From NCBI GenBank assembly GCA_963691875.1, contig OY829846.1, positions 192,001-256,000 on the forward strand: a stretch of 64,000 nt of DNA. The letters run 5' to 3'. This document shows positions 30,863 through 41,531 of this stretch, in pieces. Origin of the DNA: Aureliella sp. GTDB lineage: Bacteria; Planctomycetota; Planctomycetia; Pirellulales; Pirellulaceae. Made by a program: the position numbers and the translations under genes. The notes under the pieces are model-generated. The model had not been told where the DNA came from and did no database searches. It worked only from the letters and a program-made list of their open reading frames with translations. The first letter of the stretch is position 1, and each line of letters opens with the position of its first letter.

Positions 30863-32835
30863 GAAATGGCATGCGCATCTTCCAACGAATCCCAGTTGTG
30901 GCAAGTCTTTGTTTGGTCGCTGGACTTTCGCAAGTAACAATCGCCCAGGATGAGGTGCCCTTGTCGGGCAAGCAACAAGGCGTCGCAGACCGCTTTAAAA
31001 AACTCGAAGGTTTGCTGCTGCGTTCTTCGGAACTGGAGTCTGTCGAGAACCCGACACGAGCTGCGCTGCTGCAGCAGGCCGCCAAGCTCGGTAAGCAGAA
31101 GCAGCTCGCTGATTTACTAGCCAAAGCCTCGGACAATCTGAAGAACGAAAAATTCACCGAGGCGATTGAGCAGCAGAAAGCAGGCTTGGGCAATTTGAAA
31201 GAGCTTCTCGAGCTGTTGCAAAGTGAGAATCGGGAGAAGCGCGTCCGGGAAGAACGCGATCAAGTCAAACAGTGGATTGAAGAGACTGACCGCTTGTTGC
31301 GCATGCAAGGCTCGCTGCGCGGTCGAACGGAGGGCGGTCAAGAGACAGAGAAGGCTGCCCAAGATCAACAGCGGCTAGCGAATAAAGCGGGTGATATCGC
31401 TGGCGACCTGTCAGGGGATCTCGCGGGAAAAGGACCCGAAGAGCAGAGCGAAGGAGACGACGAATCGGGTTCTAAAGAACCCAGGGATGGTGCTGAAGGC
31501 AAGCCAAAGGATAATGCCAATTCCAAGCCCGGTGAGAGTTCAGGTCCGAAAGAGAGTTCTGGCGGATCGGAGTCGGAGGGCGAGGACTCGAACTCTGCAG
31601 GAGACTCCCAGAAGCAACCTCAGGATGGACAAGAGGTCTCGGAAGCTAGGGAGACGAACGAGTCAGGGGACGAGAACGCGAAAGAGCCCGGGGAGAACAC
31701 CGGCGACTCGGCGGAGCCCAAGGACCCCGACCAAGATCCATCAGAGCCAAAGGATCGCACTCCTGAAGCGGCAGATCCTAACCAAGAGCCGCCAGGTGAC
31801 TCGGGTGACCAGGAACCAGGCAAACGGAATTCTGACGGCCAGAACTCAAAGCCCAGCGATCAGCCGGGACAGCAAAGCCAAAACGGACAGCCGTCGCAGC
31901 CGTCGCAGCAGAGTCAGCAGAGTCAGCAGAGTCAGCAGAGTCAGAACGGGAAGCAGAGCCAGCAGCAGCAACGACCAAAGACTCCTGCCGAGCGTGCGAA
32001 GCAACGAATTCAGCAAGCTCAGCAGAAAATGCAGCAAGCCCAAGAGGCTTTAGAGGAGGCGAAACGCGATGAAGCGGTGGAGCAACAGCTCGCAGCCGAA
32101 GAGATGCTTCGCGAGGCGATTGAAGAGCTGGAAGAGATTCTTCGACAACTTCGCGAAGAGGAGATCGAACGCTCCCTTGCATCTTTAGAAGATCGCTTGC
32201 GTCGGATGCTTGATATGCAGACAGATGTTCTCGATGAGACGACGCGGTTGATGGAAATTTCGGGTGGTGCGACGGCGAATCGGCAAGTTGCGATCAAGGC
32301 AAGTCAGCTCGCTGAGGAGGAGAAGAAGATTCTGGCTGAGGGCGAGCGTGCGTATTTGCTACTTCGCGAGGAAGGCTCGAGCTCCGCTTTTCCTGAGGCA
32401 GTGGAACAGATGAACGCGGACATTGCCTTCGTGCAAGGACGATTGGGGGACGGAATCGTCGACGAATTGACGAAGGACATTGAAGAGTCCATCGTCAGCT
32501 CGCTTGAGGAAATGGTTCAGGCGTTGGTTGAAGTTCAGAAGGAAAACGAGAAGAAGAAACAGCAGCGGCAGCAACAACAACAGCAAGGGCAACAGATGCA
32601 ACCCGGCGATCAGCCGCTCGTCGATAAGTTGGCGGAGTTGCGACTGATCAAGACGTTACAGAAGCGGATCAACAAACGCACCGATACAATGTCTAAACGC
32701 TTGGAGGACCCAAACGATGTGATCGGGCAGGCGACCAAAGAAGAGATATTGAAGCAGCTGCGAGATCTATCGGGACGTCAAGCAAAGATCTTCGGCGTCA
32801 CGAAGAATCTCCTCATCGACGAAAGCGGCAGTTAG
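30859..32835 (+). CDS. Exported coiled-coil protein with acidic/Gln-rich low-complexity linker
   Basis: Signal-peptide-like N-terminus (ATG 30871 possible), heptad-rich helices, QQSQQS and poly-Q tracts, PLVDKLAELRLI. Confidence 0.8.
   Translation: MRNGMRIFQRIPVVASLCLVAGLSQVTIAQDEVPLSGKQQGVADRFKKLEGLLLRSSELESVENPTRAALLQQAAKLGKQKQLADLLAKASDNLKNEKFTEAIEQQKAGLGNLKELLELLQSENREKRVREERDQVKQWIEETDRLLRMQGSLRGRTEGGQETEKAAQDQQRLANKAGDIAGDLSGDLAGKGPEEQSEGDDESGSKEPRDGAEGKPKDNANSKPGESSGPKESSGGSESEGEDSNSAGDSQKQPQDGQEVSEARETNESGDENAKEPGENTGDSAEPKDPDQDPSEPKDRTPEAADPNQEPPGDSGDQEPGKRNSDGQNSKPSDQPGQQSQNGQPSQPSQQSQQSQQSQQSQNGKQSQQQQRPKTPAERAKQRIQQAQQKMQQAQEALEEAKRDEAVEQQLAAEEMLREAIEELEEILRQLREEEIERSLASLEDRLRRMLDMQTDVLDETTRLMEISGGATANRQVAIKASQLAEEEKKILAEGERAYLLLREEGSSSAFPEAVEQMNADIAFVQGRLGDGIVDELTKDIEESIVSSLEEMVQALVEVQKENEKKKQQRQQQQQQGQQMQPGDQPLVDKLAELRLIKTLQKRINKRTDTMSKRLEDPNDVIGQATKEEILKQLRDLSGRQAKIFGVTKNLLIDESGS
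31888..31944 (+). repeat. Coding 9-bp tandem repeats
   Basis: CAGCCGTCG x2 then CAGCAGAGT x4, encoding QPS/QQS. Confidence 0.85.
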
Positions 32836-33068
32836 CGGCTTTCAGCCCGATCCGTATTCCTTCGGCCCGCCAGTTTGTTGGGTTCAATGATCTCCTCGCA
32901 CGCGGGGCGTATCACTAGGAAGCTAGGTATTCTATTCACGACCAAGATGCCCTGCCCGAATTTTGATCGATGGAGTAGGATACTCGTTTTGATCTGAACT
33001 ACGCTCTCGGGCAGCCTCCGATGCGTCAGTAAGGCCCGGAAAACTGGGTTTGATTAGCCCCAGGATTT

Positions 33069-34370
33069 ATGGAAAAAACAAAGGTCGGCATTGTTGGACT
33101 GGGAACCGTGGGCAGTGGTGTCGCACGCTTGCTGTTGGATCATGGTGATCGTACTGCCCGCCACGCTGGCCGGACCTTATGGCTGGAAAAGGCCGTCGTC
33201 CGTGACTTGGCACTCCCTCGTGGTTGCGAGATCCCTACCGGCGTGATGACGGATGATCTGACTGAAATTCTCCACGATCCAGAAATCAAAGTCGTTGCAC
33301 AGCTGATTGGCGGCCTGGAACCTGCCCGCAGCGTAATGCTTCAGCTCTTGGAGGCCGGCAAAGACGTCGTAACTGCGAACAAAGCGTTGCTTGCTGAGCA
33401 TGGGCCTGAGTTGTTTGACCGAGCACGGGAACTCGGCCGCTGCATCGCTTTCGAGGCCGCTGTAGCCGGTGGTGTACCAATTATTACAAACGTCAGTCAG
33501 TGTTTTTCTGCAAATCAGATTCACTCACTCCAAGGGATCTTAAACGGAACGTGTAATTACATCGTTTCACAGATGGACTTGTATGGAAAGAGTTACGGCG
33601 AGGCGTTGACGGAAGCACAGTCACTTGGCTTTGCAGAAGCTGACCCGACGATGGACGTCGATGGTACTGACGCAGCACAGAAACTAGCCATCCTTTCTCA
33701 TCTCGCCTTTGGAGCCCGCATACGCTGGGAAGACATTCCCAGAGTTGGAATTGATGCGCTCGACATACGTGACATCGAGTACGCGAAGGAGCTCGGGTAT
33801 CGAATCAAGTTGATCGCTAGCGCGCGCCTGGCGGAAGAAGGCTTAGAGTTGAGTGTTGGACCGACCCTGATTCGTACTGGCCAACCACTGGCGGAAGTGC
33901 GCGCCAATTACAACGCCATCAACGTAGTGGGCGACGCGGTCGGTGACGTTTTCTTTCACGGTCAAGGTGCCGGCCAAATGCCGACGGCCTCGGCCGTCGT
34001 TGCCGACATGATTGACACTGCTGTTGGTCGACAGCCGATCACATTTAAAACGCTCGAGCTGTGGAGCAGTCGTGAGTCTCGCGTGACTCTGAGACCGAAC
34101 GATGAGCTGCCTGGCCGGTTCTACATGCGTTTCCACATCGAAGATGTTCCTGGCGTGATGGCCCAAGTCACATCGATCTTGGGCGAAGAAGAGCTATCTA
34201 TTGCTTCGGTGATTCAGCACGAAGCAGATCCAAATGAGCCACAAGCCAAGGTGCAGCTTGTGATCATGACTCACGAAGCTCCTGAGGCCGCCGCTAGCCG
34301 AGCCGCACAGAAAATTTCAGACCTACCTATCGTCAGCGGCAATAGTGTTCGCATGCGAGTGATGGAGTAA
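33069..34370 (+). CDS. hom: Homoserine dehydrogenase with ACT domain
   Basis: GLGTVGSG, VVTANKALLA, FEAAVAGGVP, GILNGTCNYI, GFAEADPTMDVDG.DAAQK, GQGAG..PTASAV, C-terminal DVPGVMA ACT. Confidence 0.97.
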   Translation: MEKTKVGIVGLGTVGSGVARLLLDHGDRTARHAGRTLWLEKAVVRDLALPRGCEIPTGVMTDDLTEILHDPEIKVVAQLIGGLEPARSVMLQLLEAGKDVVTANKALLAEHGPELFDRARELGRCIAFEAAVAGGVPIITNVSQCFSANQIHSLQGILNGTCNYIVSQMDLYGKSYGEALTEAQSLGFAEADPTMDVDGTDAAQKLAILSHLAFGARIRWEDIPRVGIDALDIRDIEYAKELGYRIKLIASARLAEEGLELSVGPTLIRTGQPLAEVRANYNAINVVGDAVGDVFFHGQGAGQMPTASAVVADMIDTAVGRQPITFKTLELWSSRESRVTLRPNDELPGRFYMRFHIEDVPGVMAQVTSILGEEELSIASVIQHEADPNEPQAKVQLVIMTHEAPEAAASRAAQKISDLPIVSGNSVRMRVME

Positions 34371-34411
34371 GGATTAGCAATAACATCTTCACGATGAAAT
34401 AGGATGTTCCT

Positions 34412-35620
34412 TTGAAGTACGCAATCATCATTCCTGATGGATGTTCCGATTTTCCAGTTGCGGAGCTTGGCGACAAGACTCCCTTGCAGGCTGCCAATAT
34501 TCCGCAGATGGACGCGGTCGCCGCTCAAGGCCTCGTTGGTCGAACCGACAACACGCCAGCGCATTTTCCTGCTGGCAGTGAAGTCGCCAATATGGTTCTG
34601 TTCGGCTACGATCCCAATCAGTATTTTACTGGCCGTGCTCCCATCGAAGCAGCCGCGCAAGGCATCGAACTCGGGCCACACGACTGGGCGATTCGTTGCA
34701 ATTTGGTCAGTATCGTTGACCAAGTGATGGTGGACTTTACCGCCGGGCACATTTCAACCGAAGAAGCAACTTCCCTTCTCGGTTCCTTATCGGCGTCAGT
34801 CGAGGATCCTCGACTAGAGTTTGCTCCAGGCGTTTCTTATCGAAACCTTCTGATCTATCGAGGCAGCGAAGGCACTGCTGCTCCGTTTTCCGCTGATACG
34901 CGGACTCGTGCTCCGCACGATTTGACGGACCTGCCTGTCACCGACGATTATCCTCGGGGTCCCGGCAGCGACTTATTGACCGAATTGATGCAGCGCTCGG
35001 TCCCTCTGTTTGCACAGCATGAAGTCAACAAAGCTCGAACGTCCGCAGGCAAGACAGCTTGCAGTAATATCTGGTTGTGGGGACAAGGTGGCGGACCAAG
35101 TCTGCCTTCTTTTGAATCGCGATTTGGGCTCCAGGGAGTCATGATCACCGCTGTCGATCTACTTCGCGGTCTCGCTGCCCTCATCGGCTGGGATCGAATT
35201 GAAGTAGATGGAGCGACCGGCTACCTCGACACCAACTATGCTGGCAAAGGGCAGGCCGCGGTAGAGGCACTCGACAAGTACGACGTCGTCTGCGTTCACG
35301 TCGAAGCCACCGACGAAGCCTCACACGAAGGACGCGTGGATGAGAAGATCAAAGCCCTCGAAGCCATTGACACGCATGTCGTCGCCCCGGTGCACGAAAA
35401 GCTAAAGGGTATGGGCGAATACCGATTACTCGTTCTCCCCGACCACCCTACCCCCTGCTCCACCAAGAAACATACCCACGGTGCAGTACCGCTCGCAATC
35501 TGTGGTTCCGACATTTCCTCCAGCGGTCAAACCTACAGCGAAGCGACCGCCGCCCAATCCGCCATCGAATTTTCTGACGGCTGGACCATGATGCAACAAT
35601 TCATCCAAGGAAAGTGGTAA
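34412..35620 (+). CDS. apgM: Cofactor-independent phosphoglycerate mutase-like (ApgM / proposed homoserine kinase family)
   Basis: IIPDGCSD..KTPLQAA, GSEVAN, YFTGRAPIEA, GATGYLDTNY, HVEATDEASH, PDHPTP; TTG start. Confidence 0.88.
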   Translation: MKYAIIIPDGCSDFPVAELGDKTPLQAANIPQMDAVAAQGLVGRTDNTPAHFPAGSEVANMVLFGYDPNQYFTGRAPIEAAAQGIELGPHDWAIRCNLVSIVDQVMVDFTAGHISTEEATSLLGSLSASVEDPRLEFAPGVSYRNLLIYRGSEGTAAPFSADTRTRAPHDLTDLPVTDDYPRGPGSDLLTELMQRSVPLFAQHEVNKARTSAGKTACSNIWLWGQGGGPSLPSFESRFGLQGVMITAVDLLRGLAALIGWDRIEVDGATGYLDTNYAGKGQAAVEALDKYDVVCVHVEATDEASHEGRVDEKIKALEAIDTHVVAPVHEKLKGMGEYRLLVLPDHPTPCSTKKHTHGAVPLAICGSDISSSGQTYSEATAAQSAIEFSDGWTMMQQFIQGKW

Positions 35621-36534
35621 GAATAGCCACGTATTGAAGCGGCGTGGTTCAGCGACAGCATTTTTTCTAGAGCGGAAGAGACGGTATCTTTTTGGTGCTA
35701 ATCATCGGTCTTGGGAAAGCGAAACAGTGGAATCTGGCTGTTTGCTCTTCGAAACGGCTAAGCCGAGTGTTTTCTTGATCGACCGATTTACGGTTTTCGT
35801 TAGATTGCCGTGTGTGTTCAAGAGAGATCCGATGCGCTCCATGCTGGTAGAAGGTTGGCTCCTCATCTTAGTGAAAATGTATGTGTGACGCAGCGAATTG
35901 GACTGGCTCTCTTAGGTGGTGGCTTTCGAGCGACTTTAATTCACATTTGAGCTATTAAGTTTCTGCGAGGACAAGGCGTTCTGAAGAACTTGCTGCATAT
36001 CTGCTCGGTTTATCTGCTCGGTTTCTGTAGTTGGCATTACCGTCGCGCAGCTGGTGCTGAACTGGCAAATGCTACCATGGCAAAGATCAAAAGTTATACG
36101 AGGCGGTTGAAGAACTGACGAGCTTTGCAAAGACCGATTTGCGGGGCTTTGTGTTTCGGCCTTAGCTCTCTCCTGCACTTGCCTGGGATCCCCAGGATGA
36201 TTGGGCACAAGAAGTTGACTCGGTTCATGTTGTGTGAAGCGCAGTACGATTGTTTCTTCTGAAGAGCAAAACCGAGCGATCTTAAGAGAAGGGACTAGTC
36301 GAACAATTGGCTCGACCTCTGTCACGCAGATTTGAGAGTTAGGGGAAGGCTGCAGGCCGAGGATAGCTAGCATAGGGCTGTCGCGTTTGCAGGCTTTTTC
36401 TTGGTCAATCGCAGCAATCGCGGGATTGGGCAAGAAACGAACTTGGCAAAAGTTTGCGGAATGGTTTAAGTTGCCCAGGTGACGGAAGATCCGTCAGGTT
36501 CGACCAGGTGACTCAATCCAGGGAAGGCTCAGTC

Positions 36535-37800
36535 ATGGCGAAGGAATCGTTTCGCTTTATCCATGCCAGCGACTTTCATCTTGAACGTCCAATGCATGAT
36601 ATTTCCGATCTCCCAGACCATCTCAAAGAAGCACTGGTCGAAGCGCCTTGGAGGGCTGCGGAGTCTGTTTTTGAACATGCGATTTTGGAGAACGTTGACT
36701 TTATCGTCCTCGCTGGAGACCTCTTGAATCTCTCTGCTGCGGGTGCTCAAGGGGCGGCGTTCTTACTCGATCAGTTTGAAAACCTGAGGCAGCGCGACAT
36801 CCAGGTTTTTTGGGCCGGCGGAGAGTTGGATGCACCGGAGCTTTGGCCGGAGCCAGTGCGGTTGCCGGACAATGTCCATATGTTCTCTAGCGACGAAGTT
36901 GAAGCTGTTGTGTATCGCCGCAATCAAGTTCCGCTAGCAACGATTCTTGGGAGAAGTAGCGACGGTAGCGAAACGGTAAAGGCAGTTGAGTTCGCTCGGG
37001 AGCCAGACGAGAACTACGTGATCGCAGTTGCTCATGGTCGTGCAGATAGCGAGACGCTTCGCAGCGAACGTGTCGACTACTGGGCACTTGGCGGCAAGCA
37101 TCAAGCAGAAATCCTCCAAACGGAAGAGCCCATTATTCGCTACTGTGGCTCGCCTCAAGCTCGTGAACTGAGCGAAGAGGGGGCTCACGGTTTTGTCCTG
37201 GTCGATGTAGACGCTCAGCGCTGCATCCAAGTGCACTCGATCGACGCGGATGTCTTTCGCTACTCGGAGCAAGACATTGATGCGGACGACATGGCAATGG
37301 GCCGCGACGTTCGACAGGTCCTCGCCAAGCGAGTCGCTCGGCTGCAGAGCGAAGCTTCAGGCCGCAACCTGTTGGTGAAGTGGCGAGTGCAAATCGACGT
37401 GGAAAACGCTTCTATGGTCGGCCCTTCGGCACTCGAAGAGTTACTAACTTGGCTGCGTCGCGAATTTGGCCAAGGCTCTCCTGCCTGCTGGTCCACTGAA
37501 ATTGAAATTCTGCCGCCGAAGGCACTGCCCGCGAAGTGGAAAGAGGAAGACACGATTCTGGGTGACTTTTTGAGAATTGCAGCGGAACAACGCAAAGAAG
37601 ACAAGCCGCTGAATCTCAAGCCCATGATCGATGCAGAAACGCCTGGCACGAATGTCTGGCAAGCTGCACTTAGCATTTCGAACACAAGCTCCCAGTCGAT
37701 GACGCTGGACAAGAGCACTTTGTTGGGAGTTGATCTCCTGCGTGGTCATCAAGTGGATTTGATGGCAACTACCCGCCGATTCGGAGGATCCGAAAAGTGA
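36535..37800 (+). CDS. Mre11/SbcD/YhaO-like metallophosphoesterase-fold protein with degenerate motifs
   Basis: IHASDFHL, LAGDL, VAHG, DYWALG, YCGSPQAR; GNHD replaced by GELD and GHxH by GGKH; ATG 36535. Confidence 0.85.
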   Translation: MAKESFRFIHASDFHLERPMHDISDLPDHLKEALVEAPWRAAESVFEHAILENVDFIVLAGDLLNLSAAGAQGAAFLLDQFENLRQRDIQVFWAGGELDAPELWPEPVRLPDNVHMFSSDEVEAVVYRRNQVPLATILGRSSDGSETVKAVEFAREPDENYVIAVAHGRADSETLRSERVDYWALGGKHQAEILQTEEPIIRYCGSPQARELSEEGAHGFVLVDVDAQRCIQVHSIDADVFRYSEQDIDADDMAMGRDVRQVLAKRVARLQSEASGRNLLVKWRVQIDVENASMVGPSALEELLTWLRREFGQGSPACWSTEIEILPPKALPAKWKEEDTILGDFLRIAAEQRKEDKPLNLKPMIDAETPGTNVWQAALSISNTSSQSMTLDKSTLLGVDLLRGHQVDLMATTRRFGGSEK

Positions 37801-40800
37801 AAATCAAGGATATACAAATTGATGGCTTCGGTGTCTGGTCGGGAATGACCGTTCACTCCATGCCCGACACGATGACTGTCTTCTACGGGCCGAATGAGGC
37901 TGGTAAGACGACGTTGATGAATTTCCTGCGGACGATGTTCTATGGCTTCACGCCGGATCGACGCACCCGATACCTGCCGCCGGTCTACGGTGGTAAGCCC
38001 GGCGGAGCGATTCGGGTAACCGGTCCTGGTGGTGGCTACGAAATCACGCGACGAGCTCAGATGGATCAAGGCGGAATAGCCGGAGCCCTGACCGTCACAG
38101 GCAGCGATGGCTTGCAGCAAGGCGCTCACCGTCTGACCATGTTGCTCGGTCAGGTTGACGAGTCGATCTTCACGAACGTGTTTGCTATCGGGCTGCGCGA
38201 GTTGCAGGAACTTAGCACTCTGGACGACACGGCAGCAGCGGATGAACTTTACAAGTTGTCGAGTGGCTTGGACCGCGTCTCGCTCGTCGATGTGACTCGA
38301 CAGCTAAAAACGGGGCGGCAAACGATTGTCGGTCCAACTTTGGAAGAAGGCCAAATGCAGCGTCTGATGACGATGCGTGAGAGGCTCAAAGACGAGATCG
38401 ACACGCTGGCCATGCAAGGTAAGCGTTGGGCTGAGCTCGCCGCACTGCGGAACACGCAGAACCTGGAGCTGGAAGAACTAAAAGAACGCATTACTCAGTG
38501 GGAGCTGGAATCCAAAACCTATGAAGTTGCGATTCAAGTGAGCCCAAACTGGGTGAAGCGTTGTGAGATCGAACACAGTATTGCGGCGTTGAACGCGCGG
38601 ACGGATGTGCCTGAGTCGGCGGCCGAGAAACTAGAGGAGCTCAACGCGAAACGTGCCGAGCGTGAAGATAATCTAGAGGAGCTGCGGGATAAAAGGCGCG
38701 GACTGCGTCTTGAGGCGCGACGTTTGCCACTCCGTCGTGGCGTCTTGGAACTATCGAACAAGATCGAGGCGGCCGCCGAACAGACTCCTTGGATCAATTC
38801 GCTGCAAAAGAACATTCAGCGCGTTGAATCCCAGATAGAGCAGACGAAGCGCCAGCTCGTTGAGGATTCTCAGCGTCTGGACGTAAGCGAAGAAGATCAG
38901 CAAGCCTTGCTTGAAGATCGCGAACTGCGTTCGATGCCAGATCTCTCTCGGCAGACGATCAACGCATTGGCAGAGCCGGCTAGTGAGGTGCGGATTTGGT
39001 CCACACGCTTCAAGCAGGCGAAACAACAGGCCGCGACTGACAAGAAGCAGATGGAGCAACTCGAAGCTGAGTTGGACGAAGCCCTTGAGTCGCGAGGCGG
39101 CAACGATATCGATTCGTTAATGGCGAAAAATAACGACTCGGTAAGTTTGCTTCGCAGGCGAATTCTGGTGCAAGAGACACTGGATCAGCAAAATAGTCGC
39201 AGAGAGCAGCTGGAAGACCAGGTTGTAAGCCTTCAGGTCGATGACGCGTTGCCTGTCAGTCATTCGATGCTCATGGCATTGTTCTTTATCAGTGGCGGTA
39301 CGCTGCTGTTGTGGGGCTTCAGCACCATGTGGAACGATCCAGAGGCGATGCAGAATGGTGTCTTGACGTCCGGATTTGGTGTCTTGCTTTTGTTTGCGGG
39401 CCTCATGTTTGGTAGCAATGTAGAACGCGGCACAGCATCTGAACTCGACAATGCTGAAGAGCAGCTGTTAGCACTTAAGAAGGAAATTCGGAATACGGAA
39501 GCCGAGCGAGACGAGTGCGAAAGACGCTTGCCGCCGTACACAGGTTCGCTTGAGTCGCGTCTGAGGGACGCTCAGTCTGAGCTGGACGAGTTGCAAGACT
39601 TGTTGCCGGTGCAGCACAATTACATTGCTGCCAAAGATCGCTATCAAGCAGCCCGAAAACGAGCTTCCCAAGCTCATGGTTCTGTCAAAGCGGCCAAGAC
39701 TCACTGGCAAACCATGCTGCGCCAGCTTGGTCTGGCTGAGTCGCTGTCGCCTCGTAACTTGCGAGTGATGGCGGAAGGTTACGATTCGCTGATGCAAACA
39801 CGTCGGCATCTCTATTCACTGGAAGAAGAGCTTGATAATCGCAAGCTGGAGTTGGGGGCGATCACGCAAAGAATTGATTCACTCGCACAACAGACTCTCG
39901 CCGCCAGCATTGCAAGCGACCTGAGAAATGCTTCGAAAAATCGAGATTTGTCTTATGAAGGTGATGCCACCTCAGACTTGAGCGATGCCGATTATCAAGG
40001 GGTAGTTGCGGGAGACTATGAAGATGATGATGTGACGGCACTTGCGGAATCTCTAGACACTCCAGTGGCAGATCAAAATCCTGGGCTGCGTAGCGAAGCA
40101 GCGGTCAACGGACACTATGTGTCTGTGAAAGCCGACGTGGCGGCGGGCAATCGAGCTTTGGATCAGCTCGCCAAGATGAATTCTCTGGTGGCGTCGCAAG
40201 AGCAATTTGTACACCAGAAACGGGCTCTGAAAGACCAAGACCATCAGTTGGCGAAACAGAGTGCCGTGGTTCAGAAAGCCATCGACAAGCTCGATCGCGT
40301 TCACAGCGCTGTATTGACTGAGCATGGTTTTGAGACCGAAGAGCAGTTGGTTGCCGCGTTGGACATCAAGCATCAGCATGAGCAACTGGAGGCTCAGTTG
40401 AGGGAGTACTCGGAGCGAATTCAAGCTGTAATCGCTGGCACGGTTCCTTACGAAACCGTCGATCGTTTGATGTCGGGCGAAGAAGCGGAAGCTGGTGTTC
40501 AGCTTCGGTCGACTGGTCACGAGTATTTAGAGACGCGATGGACCGCGATTGGTCAGCGAACCCAGCAAGCGCAGGAACGCGTCGATCAGTTGCACCTGCG
40601 GCAAGGAGAGTTGGGGCAAGAGATGAAGTCTCTCGCTTCGAATACCAGGCTAGCAGAAGCGCGATTGGAACTCAGCTGCCTTGAGAATCAAATCAAAGCC
40701 TGTGCGGAACACTGGCAGAGCTTGGCTCTCACGACCGGCTTGTTGGATCGAGTATGCGACGTTTACGAAGCGGAGCGACAACCCGAAACCTTGCGAGAAG

Positions 40801-41531
40801 CCTCGGCATTTTTGACACAGTTGACCGAAGGCAAATACGTTCGCATCTGGACACCTCTTGGCAAGAACCAACTGCGCATCGATCATGCCAACGGCCAAGC
40901 CTTACCGTTGGAGGTGCTTTCCCGGGGTACGCGCGAAGCAGTCTTTATCGCCCTGCGACTAAGTTTGGCTGCTGCCTATGCTCGTCGCGGCGTCACTATC
41001 CCTCTGGTGCTGGACGACGTTCTTGTGAACTTTGACTCTGTCCGTGCCGAATCGGCAGCGAAAGTACTTCGCGACTTTGCGAGCCTTGGCCATCAGGTAG
41101 TCATGTTCACTTGCCACGAGCACATTATGAAGATCTTCTACGAGATCGGTGTCCAAGTCCGGGTGCTACCGCAACAAGGTGAAGCGGGCGAAGCAGAGAT
41201 ATACTACCCAGAGATGGTTGCAGAGCCGGAGCCAATTGAAGAGCCCGAGCCAGAAATCGAATTGGATTTGGATGTTGAAGAGGAGGTTCCCGAGCCTGAG
41301 CCGATCAAGGTTGAGATCAATCCTCCGTCCCCCAACCCGTCCAGGCCAGTACGCAGGTTGGTGGTCGTTGATCAGCAACCCGAGATTGACTGGCTGTGGT
41401 ACGAACGCAATCCAGACTCCGTTGACTGGGGCTGGGTCGAAGCCTCTGAACAAGTGGACGAGGACACTCTGCCGCCCGACCTGTGGCGCAACCGTCCTTT
41501 GCCCGTATTTGAGCAAGATGGACAAATGTAG
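37797..41531 (+). CDS. YhaN-like SMC/Rad50-type ATPase with central TM hairpin
   Basis: IDGFG, Walker A GPNEAGKTT, long coiled coils, two TMs, signature LSRGTRE, Walker B/D-loop LVLDDVLVNFD, FTCH. Confidence 0.92.
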   Translation: MKIKDIQIDGFGVWSGMTVHSMPDTMTVFYGPNEAGKTTLMNFLRTMFYGFTPDRRTRYLPPVYGGKPGGAIRVTGPGGGYEITRRAQMDQGGIAGALTVTGSDGLQQGAHRLTMLLGQVDESIFTNVFAIGLRELQELSTLDDTAAADELYKLSSGLDRVSLVDVTRQLKTGRQTIVGPTLEEGQMQRLMTMRERLKDEIDTLAMQGKRWAELAALRNTQNLELEELKERITQWELESKTYEVAIQVSPNWVKRCEIEHSIAALNARTDVPESAAEKLEELNAKRAEREDNLEELRDKRRGLRLEARRLPLRRGVLELSNKIEAAAEQTPWINSLQKNIQRVESQIEQTKRQLVEDSQRLDVSEEDQQALLEDRELRSMPDLSRQTINALAEPASEVRIWSTRFKQAKQQAATDKKQMEQLEAELDEALESRGGNDIDSLMAKNNDSVSLLRRRILVQETLDQQNSRREQLEDQVVSLQVDDALPVSHSMLMALFFISGGTLLLWGFSTMWNDPEAMQNGVLTSGFGVLLLFAGLMFGSNVERGTASELDNAEEQLLALKKEIRNTEAERDECERRLPPYTGSLESRLRDAQSELDELQDLLPVQHNYIAAKDRYQAARKRASQAHGSVKAAKTHWQTMLRQLGLAESLSPRNLRVMAEGYDSLMQTRRHLYSLEEELDNRKLELGAITQRIDSLAQQTLAASIASDLRNASKNRDLSYEGDATSDLSDADYQGVVAGDYEDDDVTALAESLDTPVADQNPGLRSEAAVNGHYVSVKADVAAGNRALDQLAKMNSLVASQEQFVHQKRALKDQDHQLAKQSAVVQKAIDKLDRVHSAVLTEHGFETEEQLVAALDIKHQHEQLEAQLREYSERIQAVIAGTVPYETVDRLMSGEEAEAGVQLRSTGHEYLETRWTAIGQRTQQAQERVDQLHLRQGELGQEMKSLASNTRLAEARLELSCLENQIKACAEHWQSLALTTGLLDRVCDVYEAERQPETLREASAFLTQLTEGKYVRIWTPLGKNQLRIDHANGQALPLEVLSRGTREAVFIALRLSLAAAYARRGVTIPLVLDDVLVNFDSVRAESAAKVLRDFASLGHQVVMFTCHEHIMKIFYEIGVQVRVLPQQGEAGEAEIYYPEMVAEPEPIEEPEPEIELDLDVEEEVPEPEPIKVEINPPSPNPSRPVRRLVVVDQQPEIDWLWYERNPDSVDWGWVEASEQVDEDTLPPDLWRNRPLPVFEQDGQM

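Noticed and set aside
31391..32182. ORFs with SRVSRV or SADSAD repeats
   Set aside because: Alternative-frame and antisense readings of the 9-bp repeat inside the 30859-32835 gene.
35936..36433. 165-aa minus-strand ORF
   Set aside because: No motif, weak start and atypical composition; probably spurious.
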